A DNA stretch of 64,000 nt from Octopus bimaculoides (Eukaryota). The position numbers and the translations under genes are program-made. Shown here in pieces: positions 26,800 through 38,447 of the stretch (its first letter is position 1; the number at the start of each line of letters is the position of its first letter). The notes beneath the pieces are model-generated. The model was not told the DNA's origin. It saw only the letters and a list, made by a program, of their open reading frames with translations, and ran no database searches. The stretch lies in the NCBI RefSeq assembly GCF_001194135.2, contig NC_069000.1, forward strand, positions 33,587,002 to 33,651,001, written 5' to 3'.

Positions 26800-27680
26800 T
26801 AATAAAAAAAAACTCTAACGATGACTTTTCAATCGCGCTCATTGAAGCTCTTTGTGAAAATCTGAACACAAGAAGAGCAATACAAACCCTTTTCTCTTAT
26901 CTGTGATTTTGTTTTCCTCTGCTGTCTTTATTTCTGATGTAGTGTATTTCAGGCAGTTAATTTTTACACTATAATACCTGCAGATTAAGAACTTCAGTCT
27001 TGACAAAATGGTGACATAACTAGAGGTACTAAAGCTTTTTTTAATTTTTACCTGCGCAAGGAGTGCAGTTACCTGGTTGAGTGTACAATTGTACAAACGC
27101 CTCTAAAAGCAGGCAAATATGGAATTGTAGTAGAGAGAAAAGTTAAATTCAAATGGAAGCTAGATAGTAAGGGTGGGAACTGGCAAATGAGGTTGAATAT
27201 ATTCCTCAACAAGAAAATAAGAATGCATCAATCGCGTTCATTCTGATCGAGGCCTGTCAAGGAATTAGCAACCATGTTTGAGGTTGTGTAAATGATGAAT
27301 CTTATATTCGCCACTGAAGAAGAGCCAAAAGCACCAGTTCCCAAAACTAGTCGCTTTCCACGATGAACTATCTAAAAGTGATCTTTTAATAGAAATACCA
27401 AAGCTGGAAGGCACCAGAGGGCAGTAAAGATTAATCAGGTAAAAGCTTTTGTAGAATCCTTTCCAACACTTTCACTTAGCCTCAACTTAGTTCTAGCAAT
27501 TTCTGTATGCATACTTTTGAAAGTTTTTCAAAGCAGAAAGTATTTAAGATTTATTTGAGATCTACCATGAGACATCAAGGCTTTCTAATCTTGTGACATA
27601 ATTAATTAAAAGGAAGTTGGCGAAAAACCTTGATTTCTATGAAGTGATTTACAAGTCCTCCGCTTTGAAGATCAAGATAT
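26800..27680 (+). pseudogene. Decayed hAT transposase (C-terminal dimerisation domain)
   Basis: From 27451: VESFPTLSLSLNLVLAISV../FESFSKQKVFKIYLRSTMRHQ/RLSNL..*LIKRKLAKNLDFYEVI, matching the hAT dimerisation motif ERSFS.LK.IK.YLRSTM..RL; stops and frameshifts. Confidence 0.75.
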
Positions 27681-29059
27681 GCAAGTTCTGAATTAATTAA
27701 GATGTTCGTTAAATGCTAAAATGCTAGTGTATAAGTTTCTGGCATTATTTCATTTATGGGAATATTTCCATATATTTTTGTCAACATGTTCTATATGATT
27801 TGAACTATTATTAGTAATCCTAGTCTATTAGTATTATGTTATGTAACAATATACTTTAATGTTAAATTATATTCATTCAGTTGAAACATCATCGCATGCT
27901 TGAAACTGTTTTCATCTTTATCACGCAAAAGTAATTTCAAAAACAGCCCTCTTTTTTTTTTTCTCTCTCAAAATATAGCAGAATGTTCAAATAAAAGGCA
28001 AAATATTCTTTTCTACTCTAGGCACAAGGCCCGAAATTATGGCGGTACCCCAGAATGGCCGCAGTCTAAAGATTGAAACAAGTAAAAGAAGATACTTGAA
28101 GGTGTTGGGTTCAGAACAGTTTTAGACGTGGTAACTAAACCAAGCTAAATAATAATTTTAAAAAATACTGCTGGAGTCAAGCAGTTAAGGTAAACATATC
28201 TAATTACGAAGACATGATATTGCGTATATATATNNNNNNNNNNNNNNNNNNNNNNNNNNNNNNNNNNNNNNNNNNNNNNNNNNNNNNNNNNNNNNNNNNN
28301 NNNNNNNNNNNNNNNNNNNNNNNNNNNNNNNNNNNNNNNNNNNNNNNNNNNNNNNNNNNNNNNNNNNNNNNNNNNNNNNNNNNNNNNNNNNNNNNNNNNN
28401 NNNNNNNNNNNNNNNNNNNNNNNNNNNNNNNNNNNNNNNNNNNNNNNNNNNNNNNNNNNNNNNNNNNNNNNNNNNNNNNNNNNNNNNNNNNNNNNNNNNN
28501 NNNNNNNNNNNNNNNNNNNNNNNNNNNNNNNNNNNNNNNNNNNNNNNNNNNNNNNNNNNNNNNNNNNNNNNNNNNNNNNNNNNNNNNNNNNNNNNNNNNN
28601 NNNNNNNNNNNNNNNNNNNNNNNNNNNNNNNNNNNNNNNNNNNNNNNNNNNNNNNNNNNNNNNNNNNNNNNNNNNNNNNNNNNTATCACTTGCTAGAAAA
28701 TGACCTCATTTTTACATACACCAGAAATATAGCTCAAGAAAACTTTCACCAAAACAAGACACTACATCACCTTCTAAAGCAAACAAACAAAAAAAGTGTT
28801 CCCCCCTAAAACGTTAATCAATCAAAACGTAGCTACTAGAACTGTATCGGATCCACGGATCGGTGCTCGATGGTCTCATGTCATTTCCACCTAGACACTC
28901 CCCACTAATCCCCTCTAGTGACCATTCTTTTGGTCATTCCTTAACATCGAATCTCAGTCCTTCTTACCCAGAATGCAGACCGATCCTGTTTCAGTATTAG
29001 ACAAGATTACCATAAAAGCATTTCCCAGTGTGAAACACAATTTCACACAAGTACGTTGC

Positions 29060-29690
29060 TTTGCTGTCGTTCAACTTGTCACAAATCTTCGAGTCTGGAA
29101 TAAATAAATGGTTATGCTGTCCACTATGGCGATAGTGGTGGTGTTGTTGGTTCCGTTCTCGTGTCTACAGCTGCTATAGCTTCTGCCGGTGGTATTGGCA
29201 GGGTTCGCTAGTATTTCGACTTGATAGATGACCCCTTTGGTTTCAAAGCGGCCTCCTACCGGGAAAACTGTTGCGGTTCCTACATGAACAACCTGCCTCT
29301 TCCTGTAGGTTAGGGGCGCTAACCAGGATGCTCTTAATATTGGAGGCACAGCTAAACGAGACTCTAACGTTGTTCCTGATGAAAACGGGCCCGTGCCTAT
29401 GGGGACTAGCGAAATGCTTGTCTATTAATTTAAGGAAAAGTCTACCCACGGACATTATTGTGTTAAGGGAGAAGGAGGCAAACCAAATTGTATTTCTGCG
29501 GCGATTCCTTCTGTGGCTGTTGGGTTTCGGCATGTAGAAGACGCGGTCCCTGAACCCGCTAGCAGCTAGGGTCGCGTTATAGTACGGGGCCGCTTGGTTG
29601 GAGGAAAGGCTCGTAATCCTCTTACAAACACCCTTCATCAGGTTCTTGAACACGATGGGTGGGTGACAGGAGGCTGGGTTGGTGTACGTT
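29060..29690 (-). mobile_element. Penelope-like element ORF fragment (RT thumb, linker, start of GIY-YIG)
   Basis: HPPIVFKNL...AAPYYNATLAASGF...RRNRRRNTIWF...FLKLIDKHF...RNNVRVSFSC..NIKSI...CSCRNRNS, then TKGVIYQ. Confidence 0.85.
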
Positions 29691-30650
29691 NNNNNNNNNN
29701 NNNNNNNNNNNNNNNNNNNNNNNNNNNNNNNNNNNNNNNNNNNNNNNNNNNNNNNNNNNNNNNNNNNNNNNNNNNNNNNNNNNNNNNNNNNNNNNNNNNN
29801 NNNNNNNNNNNNNNNNNNNNNNNNNNNNNNNNNNNNNNNNNNNNNNNNNNNNNNNNNNNNNNNNNNNNNNNNNNNNNNNNNNNNNNNNNNNNNNNNNNNN
29901 NNNNNNNNNNNNNNNNNNNNNNNNNNNNNNNNNNNNNNNNNNNNNNNNNNNNNNNNNNNNNNNNNNNNNNNNNNNNNNNNNNNNNNNNNNNNNNNNNNNN
30001 NNNNNNNNNNNNNNNNNNNNNNNNNNNNNNNNNNNNNNNNNNNNNNNNNNNNNNNNNNNNNNNNNNNNNNNNNNNNNNNNNNNNNNNNNNNNNNNNNNNN
30101 NNNNNNNNNNNNNNNNNNNNNNNNNNNNNNNNNNNNNNNNNNNNNNNNNNNNNNNNNNNNNNNNNNNNNNNNNNNNNNNNNNNNNNNNNNNNNNNNNNNN
30201 NNNNNNNNNNNNNNNNNNNNNNNNNNNNNNNNNNNNNNNNNNNNNNNNNNNNNNNNNNNNNNNNNNNNNNNNNNNNNNNNNNNNNNNNNNNNNNNNNNNN
30301 NNNNNNNNNNNNNNNNNNNNNNNNNNNNNNNNNNNNNNNNNNNNNNNNNNNNNNNNNNNNNNNNNNNNNNNNNNNNNNNNNNNNNNNNNNNNNNNNNNNN
30401 NNNNNNNNNNNNNNNNNNNNNNNNNNNNNNNNNNNNNNNNNNNNNNNNNNNNNNNNNNNNNNNNNNNNNNNNNNNNNNNNNNNNNNNNNNNNNNNNNNNN
30501 NNNNNNNNNNNNNNNNNNNNNNNNNNNNNNNNNNNNNNNNNNNNNNNNNNNNNNNNNNNNNNNNNNNNNNNNNNNNNNNNNNNNNNNNNNNNNNNNNNNN
30601 NNNNNNNNNNNNNNNNNNNNNNNNNNNNNNNNNNNNNNNNNNNNNNNNNT

Positions 30651-31230
30651 ATGTGGTGAGAATTCACTAAAAAACAAAAGACGAAGACAGGTGGTGTAGA
30701 CAACAAATGTGTTAGTATAACAAACAAATGTATTAGTATAACGCTCGGGAAGTGAAAAAGTCTTTAACCTTTCGAGCCTACGCTCTTCCACAGACAGGAA
30801 CACAGAAAGAAACAAGGAGAGAAAATAAAGAATGTGTAATGGCTAGCGATCTATCATGGTGAATGCCGGACAGAAGGATCACACTGGAGAGCTAGGGAGA
30901 AGGGGAGATAATAAAGTAGTGGTGATCCCAAAATGAAGGTGCGCATGTGTGTGTATAAGAGAGTTTATATGTGCGTGTGGAAGAGAGCTGGTGATCTTGA
31001 CGTGTGCGTGTGTGTTGTGTAGGTGTGAAAATGTGGGGCTGGGAAGTGGTCAGTGCTGGTGTGTGCATGGTGGTGTGTTGTGATGTGACGTGTTGTTGTA
31101 TGGTGGTGTATGGTGTAGTGGTGTGTGGTGTGGTGTGATGGTGTTGGGAGGTGAGAGTGGGGAAAGCAAGGGTGGGGTGTGGGTTAGGCTTAGGGTGGGG
31201 GTAGAGGGTTAGGCTGAGGGTGGGGGTCTA
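30651..31230 (-). mobile_element. Penelope-like 3' end/pLTR with CA-rich (+ strand G-rich) tract
   Basis: Contains the repeat shared with 24365 and 36091; same orientation as the adjacent Penelope ORF across the N gap. Confidence 0.6.
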
Positions 31231-31237
31231 TATATAT

Positions 31238-31610
31238 AGGTTGTAATCAAAAACTGTATTCACGTTAGCAGCTGATAATTCAACTTTTATTTCTTTTTCA
31301 GATTAAACCAATTACAAATAATGAAGGGAGCCAGATTAAGTTTAGAATAAAAGAAATTTACCCTAAAGTGCTTCTGGAGGTTTGAAAATCAAAGCACCGA
31401 GACAGTTTATGGGAGAGTTACAAACAGAGCCATCTACACGACTTACCATTACTCGAATTAAATATAAGTTTGAAGCAAATGGAACTCTTCACAACGTCCA
31501 CAAGGAATGTCTCGGAAGATCGTGGATTTTGATGAACCCCATAAAGAAAGATAGATTACTAGAAATGTATTGCCAGAGTTTAAGAAAATCTGCACGACTA
31601 GTGAGTGGAG
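31238..31610 (+). mobile_element. 5' fragment of Tc1/mariner-superfamily element (DUF4817-type HTH)
   Basis: LKCFWRFEN../ELQTEPSTRLTITRIKYKFEANGTLHNVHK..GR; truncated by the element at 31617. Confidence 0.7.
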
Positions 31611-31616
31611 AGCTGC

Positions 31617-32362
31617 TAGAGATGGCAGCATTAGGCCTTGCCCGAGGTATATACTTTTAAAGAGACACAGTTACTGATCTCGTAAAGAGGAAAACAATTA
31701 GTTTTAATTTTCTGAGCGAGAAGTAGTAACAGTACTACAAAGTAAAATCTATTTACCAACGTAAAGTGGCAGTCCTGATTAGGATGATGTTGCTACCTTT
31801 TTTGCCCCATCTCTAGCCAACGGTTATCCTGTGCCGATGAAGAGAAATAACCCAGAAACCATGGTCCGCAGGTACCATTTAAGGTTGAGTGGGGACATTA
31901 TACCTCCATTGTTCGAGGAATAAAGACGCAGTTGTGTCGGTAACCAGCTGAAAAAGATGTTTTCCAGGGGCCAAAGAAGGTAGTAACATCGTCCTAATCA
32001 GGACTGCCACTTTACGTTGGCAAATAGATTCTACTTTGTAGTACTGCTAATACTGATTTCTCGCTCAGAGATTTAAAACTGTTTTCCTCTTTACGAGATC
32101 AATGACTGTGTCACTTTAACAGTATATGCCTCGAGCAAGGCATAGTGCTGCCATCTTTAACCAACGGTTACCATGTGCCAATAAAGAGAAATAACCTAGA
32201 AACCATGGTCTGCAGGTACTGTTAAGGCTTTGTTCGGGGTATAAAGACGCATTTGGGCGTCGGTAGCAAGCTGTAAATTAGGTTTTCCTGAAGTTTAAAA
32301 AAGGTAGTAACATTGTCCTAATCAGGACTTCTACTTTACGTTGGCAAATAGAGATTTTACTT

Positions 32363-32363
<1 letters not shown>
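31617..32363 (+). mobile_element. ORF-less tandem element (344-nt unit) with two hammerhead motifs and an inverted 5' arm
   Basis: Direct units 31807-32150 and 32151-32363; 31617-31808 is the reverse complement of 31967-32159; hammerheads at 31828-31872 and 32171-32216. Confidence 0.8.
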
Positions 32364-32446
<83 letters not shown>

Positions 32447-32588
32447 CAATGGGAGTGGGATGGTAAACATTCAACTCTGAAAAGAAAAATCGAACAGTGT
32501 TTCAACTCTGTGTGAGTATACGTATGTGTGTGCGTGTACAAGGGAAGTATGTGAAGTGTATTAATTTGATTTATCATCCTTATTCTAT

Positions 32589-32744
32589 CCAGTACTTAGT
32601 CACAGCCAACTTTGTGTTGCCTTAAGTCGTACAAGAGGGAGGGAAAATTTTTTAATTCTTTTGAAAAAATCAAGCAGTCAAAGAATGTTAGTTGCTGAGA
32701 GATTTTTCACAAAAAATTTGGTAATAAAAGAATTATTAAACTAA
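32589..32744 (+). mobile_element. C-terminal end of Helitron RepHel (PIF1-like helicase)
   Basis: PVLSHSQLCVALSRTRGRENFLIL...TKNLVIKELLN*, compared with the Helitron consensus PVFSHGQLYVALSR...TKNIVYKEVL*. Confidence 0.75.
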
Positions 32745-32936
32745 AATAAACTTGGTTTTGTACCTTATTTATATATAAAACACTACAATTAGCAGTTGTT
32801 TTTGACGGCACGTAGCCAGCTGCGAAGACTTTTGAATTTTACCATTAAGCTGTAATTAGCAGAACCATATACACGCGCACCTATGGCGGTGGGCAACTTT
32901 GTATGGGGTTCTGATGATTATGGTTCCATTACAAAT

Positions 32937-32993
32937 CAGGCTGAAGAGAAATAGACAGTCGGTAAGATTGTTAAATTTTGAAACCGGTCCCTG
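32937..32993 (+). ncRNA. Type I hammerhead ribozyme with canonical core
   Basis: CAGG-CTGAAGA-[stem II 32948-32979, ~12 bp]-GAAA-CCGG-TC-CCTG; stem III palindrome ACCGGT, GUC site (C17=32989). Confidence 0.85.
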
Positions 32994-33120
32994 TTTAATA
33001 ATGTTCCTTTTTCGGTGATTTTAAATGTCTTGCCCGCTTACGTTTTGGTATCACGCTATATTTCATGTTGAGAACAATTTAGGTCTTATTAGCCACAAGA
33101 TGTGATCTATTTCTAGCACA

Positions 33121-34433
33121 TTGGGTCATCTCATAAATAGTGCGCTTTTTTCAATTGCATGAACTAAAAGTCGGAAGGGCACGGGATAAACTACCCGCAT
33201 CAACTTGCTATAAAAGCAGCTAGTAATTTTACCTTGTACTTATTCTTTATGCAAGTTTTGAAGAGTGCAGTTCGATCTTAACAGATATTTTTTTCAAAGC
33301 TATAATGGAAGTGACAAAGAATCATATTCGGCACACTTTATAAGTTCAACAACGCAACGGAATGTGCGAGGAATATTAATGCAGCATATGGGGATCAGAC
33401 AATAAGCATAAGCCAGTGTCAACGGTGGTTCCAGAAATTCCGAGCCGGAAACTACAGCCTAAAAAACGAGCCGCATCCTGGAAGATCTGTAGAGTTCGAC
33501 GAGGACGTTCTGCAAACCCTGGAAGAACAAAATACCATTGTAACTATAAAGGAATTAACAGAGATGCTTGGATTTGGTCATTCAACCATTCATCGACACC
33601 TGCGTATCTTCGGAAAAGTCAGCAAATTGAGTCAATAGGTTCCTCACAAACTTTCCTAGTCTAATCGCGCGCAGAGAGTGAATGTGTGATCTTCTTTGCT
33701 GTTACGTCTCACGAATGAACCTTTTACGGATCGAATNNNNNNNNNNNNNNNNNNNNNNNNNNNNNNNNNNNNNNNNNNNNNNNNNNNNNNNNNNNNNNNN
33801 NNNNNNNNNNNNNNNGTCAAGTGCCGAAGACAGTGGGTAGAAAAAGGAGAAACACCGGCAATCCAAGCTGAAGAGGGTCTTCACCCACGTAAAGTGTTGT
33901 TATCTGTTTGGTGGGATATGAAAGGTTTAGTCCACTTTGAACTTTTAAACCCAAACCAAATGATAACATAGAAGATCTACAGCAAGCAGCTTGAGCGGCT
34001 TAAATCAGCCCTAAATGGAAAACGACCATCTTTGGTTTCAAGACGAAAGGTGTTCTTCCATCAGGATAATACTCGGCCACACACAGCGAGGATGACATTC
34101 CAAAGTCTGGAGAAGTTTGAATGGGAAACGATACCCACCCACTATATTCGCCAGACATTGCCCCATCTGATTATCATTTATTCCGCAGTCTTCAAAATCA
34201 TTTAGACGGGAAAAAATATGAATTCTGTAGAAGAGGTCAGAACAGAACTGGAGGAGTATTTTTCGTCACGAACAAGTGAATTTTGGAGGCGGGACCTTGC
34301 ACGTCTACCAGATAGATGGAAAAGCATTGTAAAAAATGAAGGAGAGTATATTTTAGATTAAAAAAGAATTTTATCTTAATTTTGAAAAATAAAAAGAGTA
34401 TTAAAAAACCGTATTAATTATGGGATGACCCAA
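33121..34433 (+). mobile_element. Full-length decayed mariner transposon (~1.31 kb)
   Basis: TIRs TTGGGTCATCTCATAAAT / ATTATGGGATGACCCAA; transposase from ATG 33305 to TAA 34361 with PRKVLLSVWWD, HQDN and YSPDIAPSDYHLFRSLQNHL; frameshifts. Confidence 0.92.
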
Positions 34434-35219
34434 TATATATATATATATACTGAATATTCTCTGATCTATTCACAGTATATGTTTCCAGTGAAACTAAAAT
34501 AAATTTCACATGTCCATTTATTCAAAACAACAGTTTGTTGACTCTTTTGTTGTGCATATATGAATGCATCCATATTCATATACATACATATCATATCATA
34601 TAGATACACTATAATATCGATTGGTTCAGCAAGAGTGACAGCTGTAGTAACAAAGGTAATAATACTATTTAAATAAAGGTTAATACAGGGGGGAATTGTT
34701 GAGAAAACAGCTGGTCCAACCATCAAAATAGCATAGATAAATTGTAATACCATTTTCTATGCAAACAAGAACAATAAACGAACAGGAATATAATGAATGC
34801 ATTAATGAAAAAGAATAATATGAGCTTACTATTAGCATTGTGATTCTATTAATTTATTGATTTTATATCGTACATACATACATACATACATGCATACATA
34901 CATACATGTGTGTGGGGAGGACATTTGTATATATATATATATATATNNNNNNNNNNNNNNNNNNNNNNNNNNNNNNNNNNNNNNNNNNNNNNNNNNNNNN
35001 NNNNNNNNNNNNNNNNNNNNNNNNNNNNNNNNNNNNNNNNNNNNNNNNNNNNNNNNNNNNNNNNNNNNNNNNNNNNNNNNNNNNNNNNNNNNNNNNNNNN
35101 NNNNNNNNNNNNNNNNNNNNNNNNNNNNNNNNNNNNNNNNNNNNNNNNNNNNNNNNNNNNNNNNNNNNNNNNNNNNNNNNNNNNNNNNNNNNNNNNNNNN
35201 NNNNNNNNNNNNNNNNNNN

Positions 35220-36071
35220 TTTAATATCATCTCCTTTGAAATAGCTACCTTGCGCAGCACTACACCGGTTCCAGCGTTCTTGCCTCCTTTGGAATCCGAC
35301 CGGGAATTCGTCTCCCGTAACCGAGTCGAAGACCTTTTGCGATTCGCTCTGGGTCTCGACAACGGTGTTAAAACGGCGACCTTTGCGCTGCATTTTCATC
35401 TAGGGGAAGAGATGGAAATCCGCAGGTGCTACATCTGGCGAATAGAGTGGGTGAGAAGGCGATACCTTGTTATTTTTGGCGAGAAACTCACAAGTGAGGA
35501 GAGCTCGGTGACAGGGTTAACTGTCGTCGTGAACAATCCAATTCTTTGCGCTCCACAGATCCGGTCACTTTTGTCAAATGTCCTCCTTCAAACGCTTCAA
35601 AACTTCGCATTAGAACCCTCCACTGACAGTCTGGCCGTAGGCGACAAATTCTCGATGTATGTCACATTTCCGGTGGCAACACACGTGGCAGGTCTTCCAA
35701 ATGGCTCATCGTCTTTCAGGGACATTCTTGCGCCTTTGAAGCCCGTGTCACTCGAAACATTGCGTACGACTCATTGCCTCGTCACCGTAAGATTGCCGAA
35801 GCATGCTGATTGTCTCTGTAGCAGACTTCCCAAGTTTAACGCAAAATTTCACGTGTTGGCTCTTTGTTCCTGTCCATGATAAAATCGCAGACTATAGCAT
35901 ACACGTGATCACAAAAACACAAATTTCACAACTTGCTAAGAGAGCTCAGTAATGTTACTCGACACACTGCCTCATGAAGGTCACTGCTAGCTTTCACTGC
36001 GCACGCAACCGTGTGCTGCCATCAGTTGGCGCGCTACAGAACTAGTCTGGGAACTTTTTGATACCGCCTCA
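35220..36071 (-). mobile_element. Internally deleted mariner (irritans-like), left end in N gap
   Basis: TIR TGAGGCGGTATCAAAAAGTTCCCAGAC after TA; KFCVKLGKSATET HTH joined directly to HREFV..GQTV; later YSPDVAPADFHLF. Confidence 0.85.
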
Positions 36072-36090
36072 TACACACACACACACACGC

Positions 36091-36385
36091 GTTCCTTTCT
36101 GTTGAAGAGCGTAGGATCGAAACGTTAAAGACTTTCTCTATTCCCGAGCGTTATACTAATACATCCATTTGTTGTTTACACCACTTGTCTTCGTCTGTTG
36201 TTTTGTTTTTTTTTTCGTAAATTCTCCCATACATAACACACACTCACGTGGTCGCACCAGCTACTCCTGTCTCTACTCATCACACACGAACTTCTGGACT
36301 CTCTACCTTTTTTCATTCTGGACTTATCTATTCTGAACTTTGCTCTCTCCGGCTGCACCTCTCCTACCCACGGATTACGCTGTAC
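36091..36385 (+). mobile_element. Penelope-like terminal repeat copy with hammerhead-like motif
   Basis: Reverse complement of the 24365 and 30655 repeats. Confidence 0.6.
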
Positions 36386-36438
36386 CNNNNNNNNNNNNNN
36401 NNNNNNNNNNNNNNNNNNNNNNNNNNNNTATATATATA

Positions 36439-36598
36439 TTATTTAAAAGAGTTCCAACTCTGTCTGTTTTTTATGCTTTTTATTTATATTCTTGTAAAAT
36501 TTATGTGGGATATAGAATATGGAATATATAATATAAATTTTACAAGAATATAAATAAAAAACATAAAAAACAGACAGAGTTGGAACTCTTTTAAATAA
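36439..36598. repeat. Near-perfect inverted repeat (66-bp arms, 28-nt spacer)
   Basis: 36439-36504 vs 36533-36598, one mismatch. Confidence 0.85.
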
Positions 36599-36761
36599 AA
36601 TAATATATTCCTCTATACACGATCATACAAAACCCCTTTTTTTTGTATTTATTTTTACTCACATATATATATCGCCAGTAAAACATAAATCCGAAAAAGA
36701 AGCACACTCTAAGTTATAGAGCAGTATATTATAAAGATAAAGATACATAAGACCGGTTTAT

Positions 36762-36820
36762 GAGATTACCGTGTTTCACGTCCATAAAGCGCTTAGCTTT
36801 ACGGCGTATCATCAAATACC
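36762..36820 (-). ncRNA. Degenerate hammerhead motif
   Basis: GGTAT-TTGATGA-T-ACGCCGTAAAG..CTTTATGGACGT-GAAA-CACGG-TA-ATCTC. Confidence 0.5.
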
Positions 36821-38447
36821 AAACTTGTTGGCTTATGGTCTCTGTAGCGAGCGGCCTTTCTAGAAAATCGAGGAAAGGACCTTACTACTCAATGTCAACA
36901 ACAGGAGATTGTCTCCTTTTGACAATCGATCATAAGTGACCCTATAATCTGTTATTTTTGTATTTTAATGCAAAGCGGTCCGAAATTGTTGATACCAGGG
37001 TTACTGGTCATTGGAAAACGTTATCATGCTATCATTGTTCAAAAGATGAACTTATTTATTTTAATAGAACTTAATACAAAACTAAACAAAAATATAAATC
37101 AAGATTCATAAATATTTCTCGAAAATTTATTGGTACGTTAGTTTTTTGTTTTATTTCTTTTCATATGTTACGTTTTAAAAAAATACGAATTATCATCTAT
37201 CTAGCGAACAATCTGTCTTTCCTTTTTTAACTCTTTTCTCTTTGTTTGTTTCTCGATTTCATTTTCTTTTTGTCTTTATTTCTTCCACTCTTACTTTGTT
37301 TCATCCTCTTCTCTTCTTCCTTTACTTCCAATCCTCTTTCCCTATTTCTCCTTTTTAGTTTCTTTTCCCTTCTCTCTTTATTTCCCGCTTTCTGTTTCTT
37401 TTCTCTCTCCTTTCCTTTCCTCCCCAAACACATATAACGTACATTCCTTCGCTTCCACCATTTCAGAAAGATATGTGAATGATTAATATCTCACAGCTAT
37501 TTCCAAGAAACCAGCAACTATCACTTTCATAAAAGCAATTAATATTATTGGGCATGGCACTCTGCATTGAGTTGAAGCTGTACCATCGTAACATAACGCG
37601 CACTTCAGCAGCATAAACCTGACGGAGTCGATCTCTTTCCAGCTTCGAACATTGTCGATTTCTTCCAAAGGAAAGAGATAGTCGGCGGCGGAGAGCGAGA
37701 AAAGAAGTATCAATCCCAGTACTGGACCGCTGCTCTATTTATTGGATTTTAAAGGACGAAAGGCCAATTTTTCCCTCCACCGAATCAGAAATCAGAACGC
37801 AAGGGAGTCGGAACGAATACTGCAAGACACTCTGACAGACTTTTTAATGATTCTGCCTATTTATTACCTTTATATATCTGCCCTCTACAACTCTTCCTTT
37901 CCTAGCCAGTTCTTTTTCAACCAGCCGCCGTCTAAGCCGGTCACGTTTGTCTGTTCTCCTGCTCAGTCTGTCAAGATTTTCCATTTCTCCTTGGCGCCAA
38001 CCTATTGCATTCGTCTAGTAGTCGAAAGACCCTTCTGTTATTTATTCATGTAATAAATGTATGATTATTTTCCCTTTGTAGTATAGCCGAATGGCATTTT
38101 TCTGTTGTATATGTATAATTCTTTTTCTGTTGCACTTGTATTATTTCAACACGTATTGTATACACATTTTTCTTTTTTAGCTTCCTTGTTCTTGTATACA
38201 TTGGTTCGCTTTTCCCAAAAGCTTAATGCTTTGGCGCTTGTCGGAATCGAGCAGTCTCAATGTTAAAAAGTGAAAAACTGCTTGGACATTCTGGACATTG
38301 ACTGAGGAGGAAATCGGCTGCGAATGTCCCATGTTTCTTCTTTTTGTCCAGTTTCCCGTTTATGTTATCTATTTTTCCGTATGCTGTGTTATTTTTTTTT
38401 TGTTAGTTCTCCGCTTGCTGTGCGACCCCTGATTATATATATATATA

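Noticed and set aside
34857-35879. 340-aa + strand ORF
   Set aside because: Antisense shadow of the mariner transposase plus an N gap
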